This document shows, in pieces, positions 11,901 to 21,761 of a stretch of 64,000 nucleotides of DNA. Numbering within the stretch: position 1 is the stretch's first letter; each line of letters begins with the position of its first letter. Both the position numbers and the translations under genes were made by a program. The stretch is taken from contig CAVWZX010000004.1 in the NCBI GenBank assembly GCA_963759595.1, forward strand, positions 28,329-92,328, written 5' to 3'. The notes under the pieces were generated by a model. That model searched no databases and was not told the DNA's origin. It worked only from the letters and a program-made list of their open reading frames with translations. Source of the stretch: an uncultured Actinomycetota bacterium (GTDB lineage: Bacteria > Actinomycetota > Actinomycetes > Actinomycetales > Dermatophilaceae).

Positions 11901-12166
11901 CTGACGGCTGGGTGACCAAGTTCCCGCTCGGCTTCTCCGACGGGCTGCACTCGGTCAGCGTCAAGGGCACCAGCGACGCCGACGCCACCGTCGGTCACGA
12001 CCTGGACCTGTACTTCCTCGACAGCGCCTGTCAGCTCACGGGTTCGGTGGCCACCGAAGCTGCCGACGAGTCAGCGGTCATCCCGCCCGGCTCGGTCTAC
12101 CTGCTGACGCACCTCTACACGGGCGCGAACGTCGCTGTCGCAGTGACGGCGGTGGACAACCGCTGA
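8930..12166 (+). CDS. Secreted M36 (fungalysin-like) metallopeptidase with propeptide, carboxypeptidase-regulatory-like and F5/8 (discoidin-like) domains
   Basis: Signal peptide ending AFA; HEYTHGLSTR, SMGEGWSDW, EVHADGEIW, PSFLDARDGIL. Confidence 0.88.
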   Translation: MSRTHSMSRRAGAGLCLLTAAATALPLSTAFAADPASPVLPALGDAVDSLATTLDTRSVTQSVIPTAAAREAAKNLLAASGAGVRATWDGRFGTLRSVRGAGYLSAPASGSSVDVARGWLRSHAAAFGLATAQVDSLAVTRDHALPSTGTHALSFVQTSAGVPAVRGGRLNVAVAKDGRVLSYAGDPTPGSTLTGSWALTPVAALTKVAGGLAPGVTYLPKATGTQAGYTTFANGPFGGPSYVKKVTFGTKAGPVAAFKVFFIKSPLEAWEVVVDGTTGRTLYRTSVVDFEGDPQGTVYDNYPGAAKGGQPRQQSFGATAQSPKGWVDPTGLVGTGVTTYGNNADTYANWTNFIGPVDNAPRPVAPTGNFSYAYTNRWAATKGQTVPPSYAEDLNPAATNLFFQHNRIHDEYYALGFTETAGNFQLDNGSNGGMGGDPIRGLVQAGAASGGDPTYTGRDNAYMLTLDDGIPPWSGMFLWEPINDAFEGPYRDGSFDMSVIQHEYTHGLSTRYVAGGSALGSQQAGSMGEGWSDWYALNHGFNAGLLTKPIVGDYVTGNPTRGIRNWNYDQNPTTFGDIGYDLTGPEVHADGEIWTATLWDLRKALVARYGAKQGAEVAARLVTDGMPLTAPDPSFLDARDGILSADLDRYHGDDTDLIWSVFAKRGAGASAHSDTGDDTDPTPGFDHPAAGKNGTVALTLVNATTGQPIANAKVILGRFEARVTPLARTGSSGGASVKAVAGTYPLTIQAPGFGVQTIDAFAVTAGRNTAKTIKLAPNLASTAAGAKVVDVSSEDDGAPAKFAFDDSAASVWSTKSGTTAYNAGPDQRVTVKLAAAATVSSLRISAFKATNASRFVALKDFTVQTSTDGVSWTTARTGGFAYAAPRPTAPDLNFATFTLAKPVKAGYIRFFIDSVQGDTTTAAQVADVEVFGAGATVANGSVTPDPAFTDSGTIIAPNPAAGNPTGLQNVFGVTGTEMNTACTFPPASQGADGWVTKFPLGFSDGLHSVSVKGTSDADATVGHDLDLYFLDSACQLTGSVATEAADESAVIPPGSVYLLTHLYTGANVAVAVTAVDNR

Positions 12167-12184
12167 CGTCTGCGCCAACGGGAC

Positions 12185-12218
12185 AGGGTGGGCCGGGACG
12201 GCAGTCCCGGCCCACCCT
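12185..12218. terminator. Bidirectional terminator hairpin
   Basis: AGGGTGGGCCGGGAC-ggca-GTCCCGGCCCACCCT between convergent genes. Confidence 0.75.
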
Positions 12219-12240
12219 TCGTCGTGCGGTCAGCACATCG

Positions 12241-12441
12241 TCACGCGGTGTCGACGAAGGAGGTTCGCAGGTACTTGTCCACGGCATCCTCCGGAACCCG
12301 GAAGGACCGCCCCACGCGGATGGCGGGGAGCTCTCCTGCGTGCACCATGCGGTACACCGTCATCTTCGACACGCGCATGATCGAGGCCACCTCGGCAACG
12401 GTCAGGAACCGCACCTCGGCGAGCTGTCGCTCGTTGGACAT
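12241..12441 (-). CDS. Small excisionase-family helix-turn-helix protein (Rv0500A-like)
   Basis: FLTVAEVASIMRVSKMTVYRMVHAGELPAIRVGRSFRVP. Confidence 0.92.
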   Translation of the reverse strand: MSNERQLAEVRFLTVAEVASIMRVSKMTVYRMVHAGELPAIRVGRSFRVPEDAVDKYLRTSFVDTA

Positions 12442-12646
12442 GTTTACCTCGATCTTCTACACGCGCGCATCGCCGGCTTCCCCACCGGAGGACCTCTACG
12501 CTCGTGCAGAAGGAACTGTAGGGGCTGATGTGACTCGTGGGGAAGCCAATGGAAAAACTTCTTTGCCCTTGTCCAGTCGACACGCCGGAGGTGCTCCGCA
12601 AATCACAGTCGTGTCACCCCCACCGGGCCCGCCGAGGGTGGTGGGA

Positions 12647-13844
12647 TCAGTCGAACCAGACGTCCAGGCCGTGCAGACGCGAACACCGCCTCGCGGGTCG
12701 CCATGATCGCCCGGTCGACCTCGTCGTGCGGGTTGTAGCCGAGGTCCCACGGCTGGTGCCAGATCGGCCCGTCTGCCGGGTCGAGGTCTCCCATCCGGCG
12801 GGGTCCCTCGCGGCCGGTCGCCTGGCGCACGTGGTCCAGCCAGTCCTGCGGCACCTGCTCGGTCAGCGGGATGGGCCGGTGGGCCGCGATCGCAGTCAGG
12901 TGGGTCCAGGTCCGGGGCACGACCTGCACCAGCTCGTACCCACCGCCACCGACGGCGACCCACCGTCCGTCGCACACGTCGTGGGAGAGCCTGTGCAGCG
13001 ACTCCGCCGCCAGCCGCTGGGCGTCCACCGACATCGCCAGGTGGGCCAGCGGGTCCTGGGCGTGCGTGTCGCAGCCGTGCTGGGTCACCAGCACGTCGGG
13101 CTGGAACGCCCGCACCAAGGGCATCGCCGTGGAGTGCAGAGCACGAAGCCACGCCGAGTCGCCGGTGCCCGGAGGCAGGGCGATGTTGACCGCCTGCCCC
13201 TGCGCATTCGGACCACCGACCTCACCTGGGAACCCGGTGCCGGGGAACAGCACCCGGCCTGACTCGTGGACCGAGATGGTCAGCACCCGCGGGTCGTCCC
13301 AGAAGATCCGCTCCACGCCGTCGCCGTGGTGGACGTCGACGTCGACGTAGGCGACCCGCTGGGCGCCGTTGTCGAGCAGCCACTGGATGCCCACCGCGAT
13401 GTCGTTGTAGATGCAGAAGCCCGAGGCGTTGCCGGCCATCGCGTGGTGCAGACCCCCGCAGAAGTTCACGCCGTGCTGCGTGCGTCCCTCCCAGACGTCG
13501 GCGCACACCGCTCGCGTGCCTTCGACCACACGGGCGCTGGCGTCGTGCATGCCGACGAAGGCCGGGTCGTCGTCGGTGCCCAGGCCGTATGCCGTGTCGG
13601 CTGCGGAGGGGTCGGTCGACGCGGCCTTCACCGCGGCGACGTAGTCGGCCGTGTGGACCGTCGCCAGGACCTCGTCGCCGGGCACGTCCGGGGCGAAGAC
13701 CTCGACGTCGTCGGGGTCGAACACGCCCAGGGCCTCGCACAGCCGGGCGGTCAGGTCGAGCCGGACCGGGTTCATGGGATGGCCCGGCCCGAAGTTGTAG
13801 GCGGTGAAGCCGGGGTCCCAGACCACCCGCACCTGTGAGGGCAT
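12647..13844 (-). CDS. acuC: Acetoin utilization protein AcuC / histone deacetylase family (C-terminal frameshift near 12680)
   Basis: GPGHPMNPVR, GGLHHA, SGFCIYND, DVDVHHGDG, GGGGY. Confidence 0.88.
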
Positions 13845-13979
13845 GGCCCGACGCTACCGGGCAGTGGGCTCGACTGCCGACAGTGCGCCCTGATGGTCGG
13901 CAGCACAGGAGGGTGCGGTCCGACCAGCGCGGACGCGCTAGCGTGAGAGGTTCCATTCCCGACGCCGCGGAGGACCGCA

Positions 13980-14645
13980 GTGGCCAAGAAGCTCTACGAG
14001 GAGGACGTGCTCGTCATCGGCCTCGGCCGGTTCGGCGGCGCCGTCGCGATCGAGCTGCAACGGCTCGGCCACCACGTCGTCGCCGTCGAACGCGACCCCC
14101 AGCTCGCCGAGTCCTTCCTCGGCAGGGTCACCAAGATCATCCAGGCGGACGCCGCCCAGCCACAGTCGGCCGCCAACCTCAAGGCGCGCAGCTTCAAGAT
14201 CGCCGTCGTGGGCATCGGCTCCTCGATCGAGGCGTCAGTGCTGTGCGCGATGAACCTCGTCGACGCGGGCATCCCCATGATCTGGGCCAAGGCACTCTCG
14301 CCCGAGCACGCTCGGATCCTCGACCGGATCGGCGTGCACCACGTCATCTCCCCCGAGGTGGACAGCGGGCGACGGGTCGCCCACCTGCTCGGCGGCCGCC
14401 TGATGGACTACATCGAGTTCGACGACGGCTTCGCGATCGTCAAGATGAAGCCACCACAGGAAGCCATCGGTTTCACCTTGAAGCAGAGCGCGATCCGCAG
14501 CAAGTACGGCGTCACCGTCGTGGGCGTGAAGTCACCCGGCCAGGACTTCACCTACGCGGTGCCGGAGACCAAGGTGAGCGCGCACGACACCCTCATCGTC
14601 AGCGGCCCGACCGACCTGCTCGACCGCCTGGCCTCGCGTCCCTGA
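13980..14645 (+). CDS. trkA: TrkA/KtrA potassium uptake regulatory subunit
   Basis: VIGLGRFG Rossmann motif, RCK-N plus RCK-C. Confidence 0.85.
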   Translation: MAKKLYEEDVLVIGLGRFGGAVAIELQRLGHHVVAVERDPQLAESFLGRVTKIIQADAAQPQSAANLKARSFKIAVVGIGSSIEASVLCAMNLVDAGIPMIWAKALSPEHARILDRIGVHHVISPEVDSGRRVAHLLGGRLMDYIEFDDGFAIVKMKPPQEAIGFTLKQSAIRSKYGVTVVGVKSPGQDFTYAVPETKVSAHDTLIVSGPTDLLDRLASRP

Positions 14646-14655
14646 CCCGTCCCCG

Positions 14656-14689
14656 AGGTATGCCGCGTGGCCGGCAACGCGGCATACCT
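14656..14689. repeat. Inverted pair of the GTATGCCG motif (hairpin between convergent genes)
   Basis: AGGTATGCCGCGT-N8-ACGCGGCATACCT. Confidence 0.9.
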
Positions 14690-14695
14690 GTCGAG

Positions 14696-15232
14696 TCAGA
14701 GGTTGGGGACCCCGCGGTCCTCGCCCAGCGGGAGCACCATGGCGATCTCGTCCTCGTCGTCGTCGGAGCCCTTGACGCGCATCGGACGGCGGCTGTCGGT
14801 GGGGCGGAACCCGAACCCGCTCGCGAAGGCGACCGCGCGGCCGTTGTCGGCGCCGACCCAGTAGGCGAGGTGGCTACGGCCCTGCTGGCGGGCGGCGTCG
14901 GCGCCGGCCTGGACGAGCTGGGTGGCCACGCCGGTGCCGCGGGCAGCCGGGGTGACCCACAGGCCGAACAGCTCAGCAACCTTGGCGTTTTCCCTCTCGC
15001 CGTCGGCGCGCGCCTGGCCGACGCTGGCGACGCCGACGGGCGCCCCCTCCTGCTCGGCGAGCAGTCGCTGGGAGCGGCGCATCCGCTGACGCCAGAAGGC
15101 CTCGTCGAAGGATCGTTCCTCGTCGACGGTGGCCACGAACGCCTCGGGCGATTCCTCGAGCGCGCTGAGCCGCACCGACCGGTACTGCTCCCACTCGTCC
15201 TCACCCAGGGCACGCACGGTGATGTCGCTCAT
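14696..15232 (-). CDS. GNAT family N-acetyltransferase
   Basis: YRSVRLSALEESPEAF, LWVTPAARGTGVA, NGRAVAF. Confidence 0.85.
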   Translation of the reverse strand: MSDITVRALGEDEWEQYRSVRLSALEESPEAFVATVDEERSFDEAFWRQRMRRSQRLLAEQEGAPVGVASVGQARADGERENAKVAELFGLWVTPAARGTGVATQLVQAGADAARQQGRSHLAYWVGADNGRAVAFASGFGFRPTDSRRPMRVKGSDDDEDEIAMVLPLGEDRGVPNL

Positions 15233-15266
15233 GTCCTCCACTCTCGCATGAACCTTGCGGTTGCGG

Positions 15267-15804
15267 TCAGGTGGGTTCGCTGGGTGTTCGCCCGGATGCG
15301 GCTGGCAGATCCCTGAGCACGTACTCCATCTCGAACTCGGTGATGCTCGGGTCGTGGGGCATCGCACCAGTCCTGCCGGTGGGCACGAAACCGAGGCTCC
15401 GGTAGAGCGCCACGGCGGGCGCGTTCTCGTGGGCAACCTCGAGGACGACGCGCGTCCGGCCACGGTCCGCAGCGTGGTCCAGGACGGTCTGCACCAGCTG
15501 CCGGCCGACCCCCTGGCCACGCTCCCCGGGGTCGACCCACATGCCGACCAGCACACACTCGTCGCGCGGTCGTTCCGGCAGCTGGAACACGGCCACCGAG
15601 CCCACCGGCCGGCCAGCGCGGACGGCGAGCCAGGTGTCGGACCCGTCCACCAGCTGCTGCCACTGCTCGTCGGACCTGGAGACGGCTTCCTCGTAGGTCG
15701 TCCAGAAGGCCCGAGGGCGCGTCGCGCAGCATCGCCAGGCGCACATCGCGGTAGACGTCCCAGTTGGACCCGTCGACCCTGACCACGGACGCCTGCTCAG
15801 TCAT
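15267..15804 (-). CDS. GNAT family N-acetyltransferase (frameshift near 15715)
   Basis: YRDVRLAMLRDAP then RAFW...MWVDPGERGQGVG...NAPAVALYRSLGF in second frame. Confidence 0.8.
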
Positions 15805-16603
15805 TGCCCGACGCCAGCTCGTGCGAGCGGTTGGCCGCGGCCTCCATCGCGGTGATGAACGCGGCCCGGACCTTGTGGTCGTCGAGCTGGCGCAGTGCTG
15901 CGGCGGTCGTGCCCCCCGGGGAGGTGACCTGCTCCCGCAGGACGGTGGGGTGCTGCCCGGTCTCGCGCATCATCGTGGCGGCACCGAAGAGGGTCTGGAC
16001 CACGAGCTCGGTCGACGTCGGCCGGGGCAGCCCCAGCACGACACCGGCCTCGATCATCGCCTCGACGACGTAGAAGATGTAGGCCGGTCCGGAACCGCTG
16101 ATGGCTGTCACGGCGTCCTGGTGCTTCTCCGCGACCTGGACCACCCTGCCGCAGGAGCGCAGCAGCTCGGCGGCCTCCTCGAGATGGGCGGCGTCCGCGC
16201 TGCGGCCGGGGCTCACGGCTGCCATCCCCTGGTCGACGAGTGCCGGGGTGTTGGGCATCACGCGGACCACCGCGACGCCCTCGGGCAGCCGGCTCTCGAG
16301 GTAGTGCGTGGGGATGCCGGCGGCCAGGCTGACGACGAGGTTGCCCGGCGAGACGTGGTCGCGGATCTCCTCGACGAGGCCACCCATGTCCTGCGGCTTG
16401 ACCACCAGCACCAGGGTGTCGGCGGCCTCAGCCGCTTCGACGTTGGACATGGCCCGCACGCCGTAGCGTTCGGTCAGGTCGTCGGTCCGCTCCGGACGGC
16501 GGGCAGTGACGATCAGCTCGTCCGCGCCGCGGCCGGACCGGATCAGCCCGGACAGCAGCGTCTCGCCCATCACGCCGGCCCCGAGGATTGCGACAGTTCC
16601 CAT
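15797..16603 (-). CDS. proC: Pyrroline-5-carboxylate reductase
   Basis: ILGAGVMG, VRVMPNTP, SGSGPAY, VTSPGGTT. Confidence 0.95.
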   Translation of the reverse strand: MGTVAILGAGVMGETLLSGLIRSGRGADELIVTARRPERTDDLTERYGVRAMSNVEAAEAADTLVLVVKPQDMGGLVEEIRDHVSPGNLVVSLAAGIPTHYLESRLPEGVAVVRVMPNTPALVDQGMAAVSPGRSADAAHLEEAAELLRSCGRVVQVAEKHQDAVTAISGSGPAYIFYVVEAMIEAGVVLGLPRPTSTELVVQTLFGAATMMRETGQHPTVLREQVTSPGGTTAAALRQLDDHKVRAAFITAMEAAANRSHELASGND

Positions 16604-16639
16604 GCCTGCAGTCTTCCAGTCGGAGAAGGTCCGTGCGCC

Positions 16640-17590
16640 TCAGTTCTTCGTGGCGAGACCGCGCAGGAAGAACATCGTGTTGGCGGGGCGCTCGGCCATG
16701 CGGCGCATCAGGTAGCCGTACCACTCCTCGCCGTAGGGGATGTAGACCCGCATCTGGTTGCCTCGGTCCGCGATCCGCTTCTGCTCCTCGGGCCGGATGC
16801 CGAAGAGCATCTGGTACTCGTAGCTGTCGGCGTCGCGGTGGTGGTGGGCGGCCAGCGCACCGGCGATCTCGACGAGCCGCGGGTCGTGGCTGGCGACCAT
16901 GGGGTAGCCCTCGCCGCCCATCAGGATCTTCAGGCAGCGCACGTAGTTCTGGTCGACGTCCGAGCTGCTCTGGTAGGCAACGGACTCCGGCTCCTTGTAG
17001 GCGCCCTTGCACAGCCTCACCCGGCTGCCTTCGTGGGCCAGGTCGCGGCAGTCGGCCTCGCTTCGCCGCAGGTAGGACTGGATGACCGCGCCGACCCACG
17101 GGAAGTCCTGGCGCAGCTCACGCAGCGACTCCAGGGTCGCGTCGGTCGTCGTGTGGTCCTCCATGTCGAGGGTCACGGTGGTGCCGGCATTGGCGGCCGC
17201 CTGGCAGATCTCGCGGGCGTGCTCGAGGGCGATCTTGTGGCCGTCGCCCTCGAGGTACTGGCCGAGCGCGGAGAGCTTGAGGCTGACCTCGCCCATGCCG
17301 TGCTGCGACAGGTCGGCGTCGGCGAGGGCCTTGAGCAGCTCGATGTAGTGGTCGCGGGTGCGGATCGCCTGGGTGAGGTCGGTGGTGTCCTCCCCGAGGT
17401 AGTCGATCGTCGCGAACCGGTTGGTGGTGCGCAGCTCGGCGGTGGCGTTGACCGCATCCTCGGTGCGGTCCCCGGGGACGAACCGCTTCACCACGCTGCG
17501 GCTGACCGGCGCCTTCTCGATGGTCTGTCGCACAGTGCCGCTCTTGGAGAGCTGGAGCAGGCTGTTGCGCAGCAGGTCACTGGCGTCCAC
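16640..17590 (-). CDS. Proline dehydrogenase (monofunctional)
   Basis: SLKLSALG, TLDMED, RLCKGAY, ASHDP, YIPYG, RRMAERP. Confidence 0.92.
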   Translation of the reverse strand: MDASDLLRNSLLQLSKSGTVRQTIEKAPVSRSVVKRFVPGDRTEDAVNATAELRTTNRFATIDYLGEDTTDLTQAIRTRDHYIELLKALADADLSQHGMGEVSLKLSALGQYLEGDGHKIALEHAREICQAAANAGTTVTLDMEDHTTTDATLESLRELRQDFPWVGAVIQSYLRRSEADCRDLAHEGSRVRLCKGAYKEPESVAYQSSSDVDQNYVRCLKILMGGEGYPMVASHDPRLVEIAGALAAHHHRDADSYEYQMLFGIRPEEQKRIADRGNQMRVYIPYGEEWYGYLMRRMAERPANTMFFLRGLATKN

Positions 17591-17757
17591 AGGGGTCCTT
17601 CCGGCCGGTCACCACGGATCTCGTGGCCGGCGACAAGGCTAACCGCCAGCCAACGCGTATGCCGCGCGGCCTCCTCCCGGCCGGGGGACTTCCCGCATCC
17701 CGCGCGGCCGCGTCAGCATCCGAGACAACTGTGCAGCTGGTGGCGACCGGCGACCGG

Positions 17758-18493
17758 TCAGGCGGTGCGCCGGCGCAGGGTGAGACTCCCCAGCACGAGC
17801 GCCACGAGCACCCAGATCCCGATCGCGAGCGCGTCGGTCGCGACGTCGGCGCCGGGGCTGGGACTGGTGGTGACCGACTTCATGGCGTCGACGGCATACG
17901 ACAGCGGGAGCACGTCGGAGAGCCAGCGCAGGACGTCGGGCAGCCGGTCGCGCGGGACGAGCAGACCGCAGAGGAGGAACTGGGGCAGCACGAACGCCGG
18001 CATGAACTGGACCGCCTGGAACTCGGTCCGGGCGAAGCCGCTCGCGAGCAGCCCGAGGGCGGTGCCCACGACCGCGTCGAGCACCGCGACCGCGACCAGC
18101 TGCCAAGGCGGCCCGGCCACGTCGAGTCCGCAGACGTACACCGCGAACGCCGTCGCGATGAGCGCCTGCAGCACCGCCATCACGCCGAACGCGAGCGCGT
18201 AGCCGAGCATGAAGTCGCCCTTGCCCATGGGCGTCGTGAGCAGCCGCTCGAGGGTGCCGGAGGTCCGCTCGCGCAGGGTCGCGACGCTCGTGACGATGAA
18301 CATCACGACGAACGGGAAGACCCCGAGAAGCGATGCCCCGGAGTGGTCGAAGACGGGCGTGCCGTTGAAGATCCAGGCCAGCAGGCCGATCAGGACGCAG
18401 GGGACGACGAGCATCAGGCCGATCGTCCGGTGGTCGGCGCGGAGCTGGGCCAGGACCCGGCCTGCCGTGACGAGGGTGCGGTGGAGCGTTCAT
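17758..18493 (-). CDS. ABC-2 transporter permease (frameshift just after the start)
   Basis: RERTSGTLERLLTTP, multiple TM segments; ATG overlaps the ATPase stop. Confidence 0.85.
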
Positions 18494-19215
18494 CGGGCGG
18501 CCTCCTCGGCGTGGTCGATCAGGGCGAGGAAGGCCTGTTCGGCGTCCTCGGTGCGGGTGCGTTCGAGCAGGGCGGGCAACGTGTCGTCCGCGAGGATGTG
18601 GCCTTCCCGCAGCAGCAGCAGGCGGTCGCAGCGGCTGGCCTCGTCCATGACGTGGCTGGAGACGAGTAGCGAACGCCCTTGTGCTGCAAGGCGGTTGAAG
18701 AGCTCCCACAGGTCGCGGCGCAGGACGGGGTCGAGGCCGACGGTGGGTTCGTCGAGGACCAGCAGCTCGGGGTTCCCGACGAGGGCAGCCGCCAGGGAGA
18801 CCCGGGACCGCTGTCCGCCGGAGAGGTTGCCCACGAGGGAGTCGGCGTGGCTGGTGAGGTCAACGGCGTCGATGGCTTCGTCCGTCGCCGACGGCGGCGC
18901 GCCGAGGATGCTCGCGAAGTAGCGGACGTTGGCCCGCACCGACAGGTCGTCGTAGACGCTCGGACTCTGCGTGACGTAGCCGATGCGGTGCCGCAGCGAG
19001 GGCGAGCCGGCGGGCTCCCCCAGGACACTGACCTCACCGGACGCGACGACCTGGACGCCGACGACGGCGCGGATCAGGGTCGACTTGCCGCTGCCACTGG
19101 GGCCGAGGAGACCGACCACCTGACCCGCCGGCACCGAGACGGTCAGGTCCGGAAGCACCTCACGACCGCCGCGTACGACCCTGAGGTTCATGACCTCGAT
19201 GACGTTTTTCATCAT
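18490..19215 (-). CDS. ABC transporter ATP-binding protein
   Basis: GPSGSGKST, LSGGQ, LDEPT, SSH. Confidence 0.92.
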   Translation of the reverse strand: MMKNVIEVMNLRVVRGGREVLPDLTVSVPAGQVVGLLGPSGSGKSTLIRAVVGVQVVASGEVSVLGEPAGSPSLRHRIGYVTQSPSVYDDLSVRANVRYFASILGAPPSATDEAIDAVDLTSHADSLVGNLSGGQRSRVSLAAALVGNPELLVLDEPTVGLDPVLRRDLWELFNRLAAQGRSLLVSSHVMDEASRCDRLLLLREGHILADDTLPALLERTRTEDAEQAFLALIDHAEEAAR

Positions 19216-19223
19216 GCGATGAA
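19208..19223. promoter_or_regulatory. Putative TetR operator overlapping the ABC ATPase start
   Basis: AT-rich palindrome TTCATC-atgc-GATGAA next to a TetR gene. Confidence 0.5.
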
Positions 19224-19277
19224 TATAGCGCCGGACGCCGCGGCCGACAAGACCCGGAGGTGTGCCGCGTGCTCGCC

Positions 19278-19871
19278 CTACGGGGCGAGGTAGCGCTGGA
19301 TGGTCGGCCCCACCAGCGCGGCCAGCTCGTCGTGGCCCGCGTCGACCACGGCCGGGAACTCGACGATGTAACGCATCATCGCCAGGCCGACCATCTGCGA
19401 GGCAGCCATCCCAGCGCGCAGCTCGAGGTCTGCCGATGGCTCTCCGTCGGCCGCCAGCGACCCCACGACCCGACCGAAGACCTCGCGGACGAGGAACTCC
19501 CTGAGCATCCTGGTCGCCTCGTCGTGGGTCACCGCGGCACGGATGAGCGCCTGGAACCTCTGTCGGCCGTCCGCCGAGTCCCACACCGCGAGGAAGGTGC
19601 GGACCAGCGCCTCGCCCACCTGGTCGCGCGGACCCTCGACCACGGCGCTGATGAGCGCTGCCGGATCAGCCGGAATGTCCATCACGGCCGCGAACAGCTG
19701 CGGCTTGCCGCCGAAGTAGTGGTGCACGAGCGCGGGGTCCACCTCCGCCCGTCGGGCGATCCCTCGCAGCGACGTCCCGTCATATCCCTGCTCCGCGAAG
19801 TCGATCCGGGCAGCCTCGACGATCGCCTGCCGCGTGTCCGCGCCTCCCGGACGGCGTCCCCGAGGACTCAT
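19278..19871 (-). CDS. TetR family transcriptional regulator
   Basis: FAEQGYDGTSLRGIARRAEVDPALVHHYFGGK. Confidence 0.92.
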   Translation of the reverse strand: MSPRGRRPGGADTRQAIVEAARIDFAEQGYDGTSLRGIARRAEVDPALVHHYFGGKPQLFAAVMDIPADPAALISAVVEGPRDQVGEALVRTFLAVWDSADGRQRFQALIRAAVTHDEATRMLREFLVREVFGRVVGSLAADGEPSADLELRAGMAASQMVGLAMMRYIVEFPAVVDAGHDELAALVGPTIQRYLAP

Positions 19872-19878
19872 CGGGTGC

Positions 19879-20697
19879 TCACGGCGCGTCGGCTGTCGTC
19901 GCAGTGGCCAGGTGCAGCCGCGCGAAGGCGAGCGACTCGGCCAGGTCGACCTCGCGCTGGTCGGCTGTGACCTTGCGAGTGCTGACCTCAACGACGACCG
20001 ATCCTGAGAACCGTTGCACAGCAAGCATTTCCAGGAACTCCGCACACGGCTGGGCCCCCCGCCCAGGCACCAGGTGCTCGTCCTTGAGTGAGCCCAGCCC
20101 GTCGGCGAGGTGGACGTGCCGCAGCCGGGGGCCCAGGGCCGCCGCCATGGCCATGGCGTCCGAACCGGCCGTCGAGGTGTGCGAGAGGTCGAGCGTGACG
20201 TTGTCGTAGGCCTGAGGCACCGGGTCCCAGTGGGGCAGGTAGGCCTCGAACTCCCGCTGCCTGGCTCGCCACGGGAACATGTTCTCGACTGCCAGGGCGA
20301 CACCCGACTCGTGCTCGCGCAGCGCGACCCCCTCGACGAACCCGGTGGCGTAGTCCCGCTGCCACCGGAACGGCGGGTGCAGCACCACCGTGGAGGCCCC
20401 CACTTCCTTCGCGAGGGTGATCGAGTTGTCCACCTTGGTCCAGGGGTCGGGTCCCCAGATGCGCTGGGTCAGCAGCAGCGTGGGCGCGTGCACCGACACC
20501 ACGGGTATGCCGTGCAGCTCCGACAGTGCCGAGAGCGCCCCGGCCTCCTGGGAGACCGGGTCGGTCCAGACCATCACCTCGACGGCGTCGTAGCCGAGCC
20601 GAGCCGCCGTGGCGAATGCGGCCGCACAGGTGTCGGGGTAGACCGAGGCGCTCGACAGGGCCACCGTGGCTCCTGGGATCGACACCGCTGCGGCCAT
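19879..20697 (-). CDS. Sugar phosphate isomerase/epimerase (TIM barrel, Rv0498-like)
   Basis: VHAP, VLHPPFRWQR, AVENMFP, LDLSH, HLADG. Confidence 0.85.
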   Translation of the reverse strand: MAAAVSIPGATVALSSASVYPDTCAAAFATAARLGYDAVEVMVWTDPVSQEAGALSALSELHGIPVVSVHAPTLLLTQRIWGPDPWTKVDNSITLAKEVGASTVVLHPPFRWQRDYATGFVEGVALREHESGVALAVENMFPWRARQREFEAYLPHWDPVPQAYDNVTLDLSHTSTAGSDAMAMAAALGPRLRHVHLADGLGSLKDEHLVPGRGAQPCAEFLEMLAVQRFSGSVVVEVSTRKVTADQREVDLAESLAFARLHLATATTADAP

Positions 20698-20719
20698 GTC
20701 CCGAGCCTAGCGAGACGGC

Positions 20720-21646
20720 TCAGCGCATCGCGTCGAGCCTGCTGAGGATGACGCCCTCGCGCAGGGCCCACGGGCAGATGTCGAGGCGCTCGAGGTCGAG
20801 CAGGTCCATCGCGGCCTCCGCGACGAGGGCACCGGCGAGCAGCTGCCGGGACCGGCTCGCCGAGACCCCAGACAGCCGTTCCCGCGCGTGCGCGCTCATC
20901 CTGCCCAGGTCGGCGACGAGGGACGCGAGCGCCGCGCGCTCGAGGCTCCGCGCGGCATACGGGCCCTCACTGCTCGGCGCCGCGCCCGTCACCCGGGCGA
21001 GCGAGCGCATCGTCTTGGAGGTGCCGACCGCGCGGTCGGGGCTGCCGGCCTTGGCGAGCGGGCGCATGGCGGCGGCGAGACGCAGCCGGATGGTCCGGCG
21101 GGCCTCCCGGACCACCTCCGCCGAGGGCGGGTCGCCCGGCAGCAGGTCACGGGTCAGGCGCCCGGCACCGAGTGGCAGCGAGATGGCGGCGTCGGGGTCC
21201 TCGTCCATGCCGGCTGCGAGCTCGAGCGAACCGCCTCCGATGTCGACCACGAGGAGGGTGCCGCTCGACCAGCCGAACCACCGCCGGGCAGCCAGGAAGG
21301 TGAGCCTGGCCTCGTCCTCACCCGAGAGGACCTGGAGAGCCACGCCGGTCGCCGCGCGCACCCGGGAGAGCACCTCCTCGCCGTTGGGGGCCTCGCGGAT
21401 CGCGCTGGTGACGAAGGCCATCACCTCCTCGACGCCCTGGTCCTCGGCGACGGTGAGGCACTCGTGGATGAAGCCCGTCAGCGCTGCCTCGCCCGTCTCG
21501 GCGATGTCACCGGTGTCGGTGACGTGCTCGGACAGACGCAGCTCGATCTTGTGCGAGGTGGCCGGCAGGGGCTGGGCCCCGCGGTGCGCGTCGACCACCA
21601 GCAGGTGGACCGTGTTGGAGCCGACGTCGATCACCCCGAGGCGCAT
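20720..21646 (-). CDS. ppx: Ppx/GppA exopolyphosphatase
   Basis: [30 protein letters not shown]. Confidence 0.92.
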   Translation of the reverse strand: MRLGVIDVGSNTVHLLVVDAHRGAQPLPATSHKIELRLSEHVTDTGDIAETGEAALTGFIHECLTVAEDQGVEEVMAFVTSAIREAPNGEEVLSRVRAATGVALQVLSGEDEARLTFLAARRWFGWSSGTLLVVDIGGGSLELAAGMDEDPDAAISLPLGAGRLTRDLLPGDPPSAEVVREARRTIRLRLAAAMRPLAKAGSPDRAVGTSKTMRSLARVTGAAPSSEGPYAARSLERAALASLVADLGRMSAHARERLSGVSASRSRQLLAGALVAEAAMDLLDLERLDICPWALREGVILSRLDAMR

Positions 21647-21761
21647 GGCTGCAACGCTATCGGCTCCGGCAGGACGCCGCCGAGGTATCACCAACCGCCG
21701 CCGCGCCTCTTCTCCTTGGGGCGCGGCCATCGGGGTCGCGTCGATCACGGGGGGAATCACC

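Noticed and set aside
12241-12441. Excisionase as evidence of a prophage or ICE
   Set aside because: This is the conserved chromosomal Rv0500A-like HTH protein; no integrase or att site was seen.
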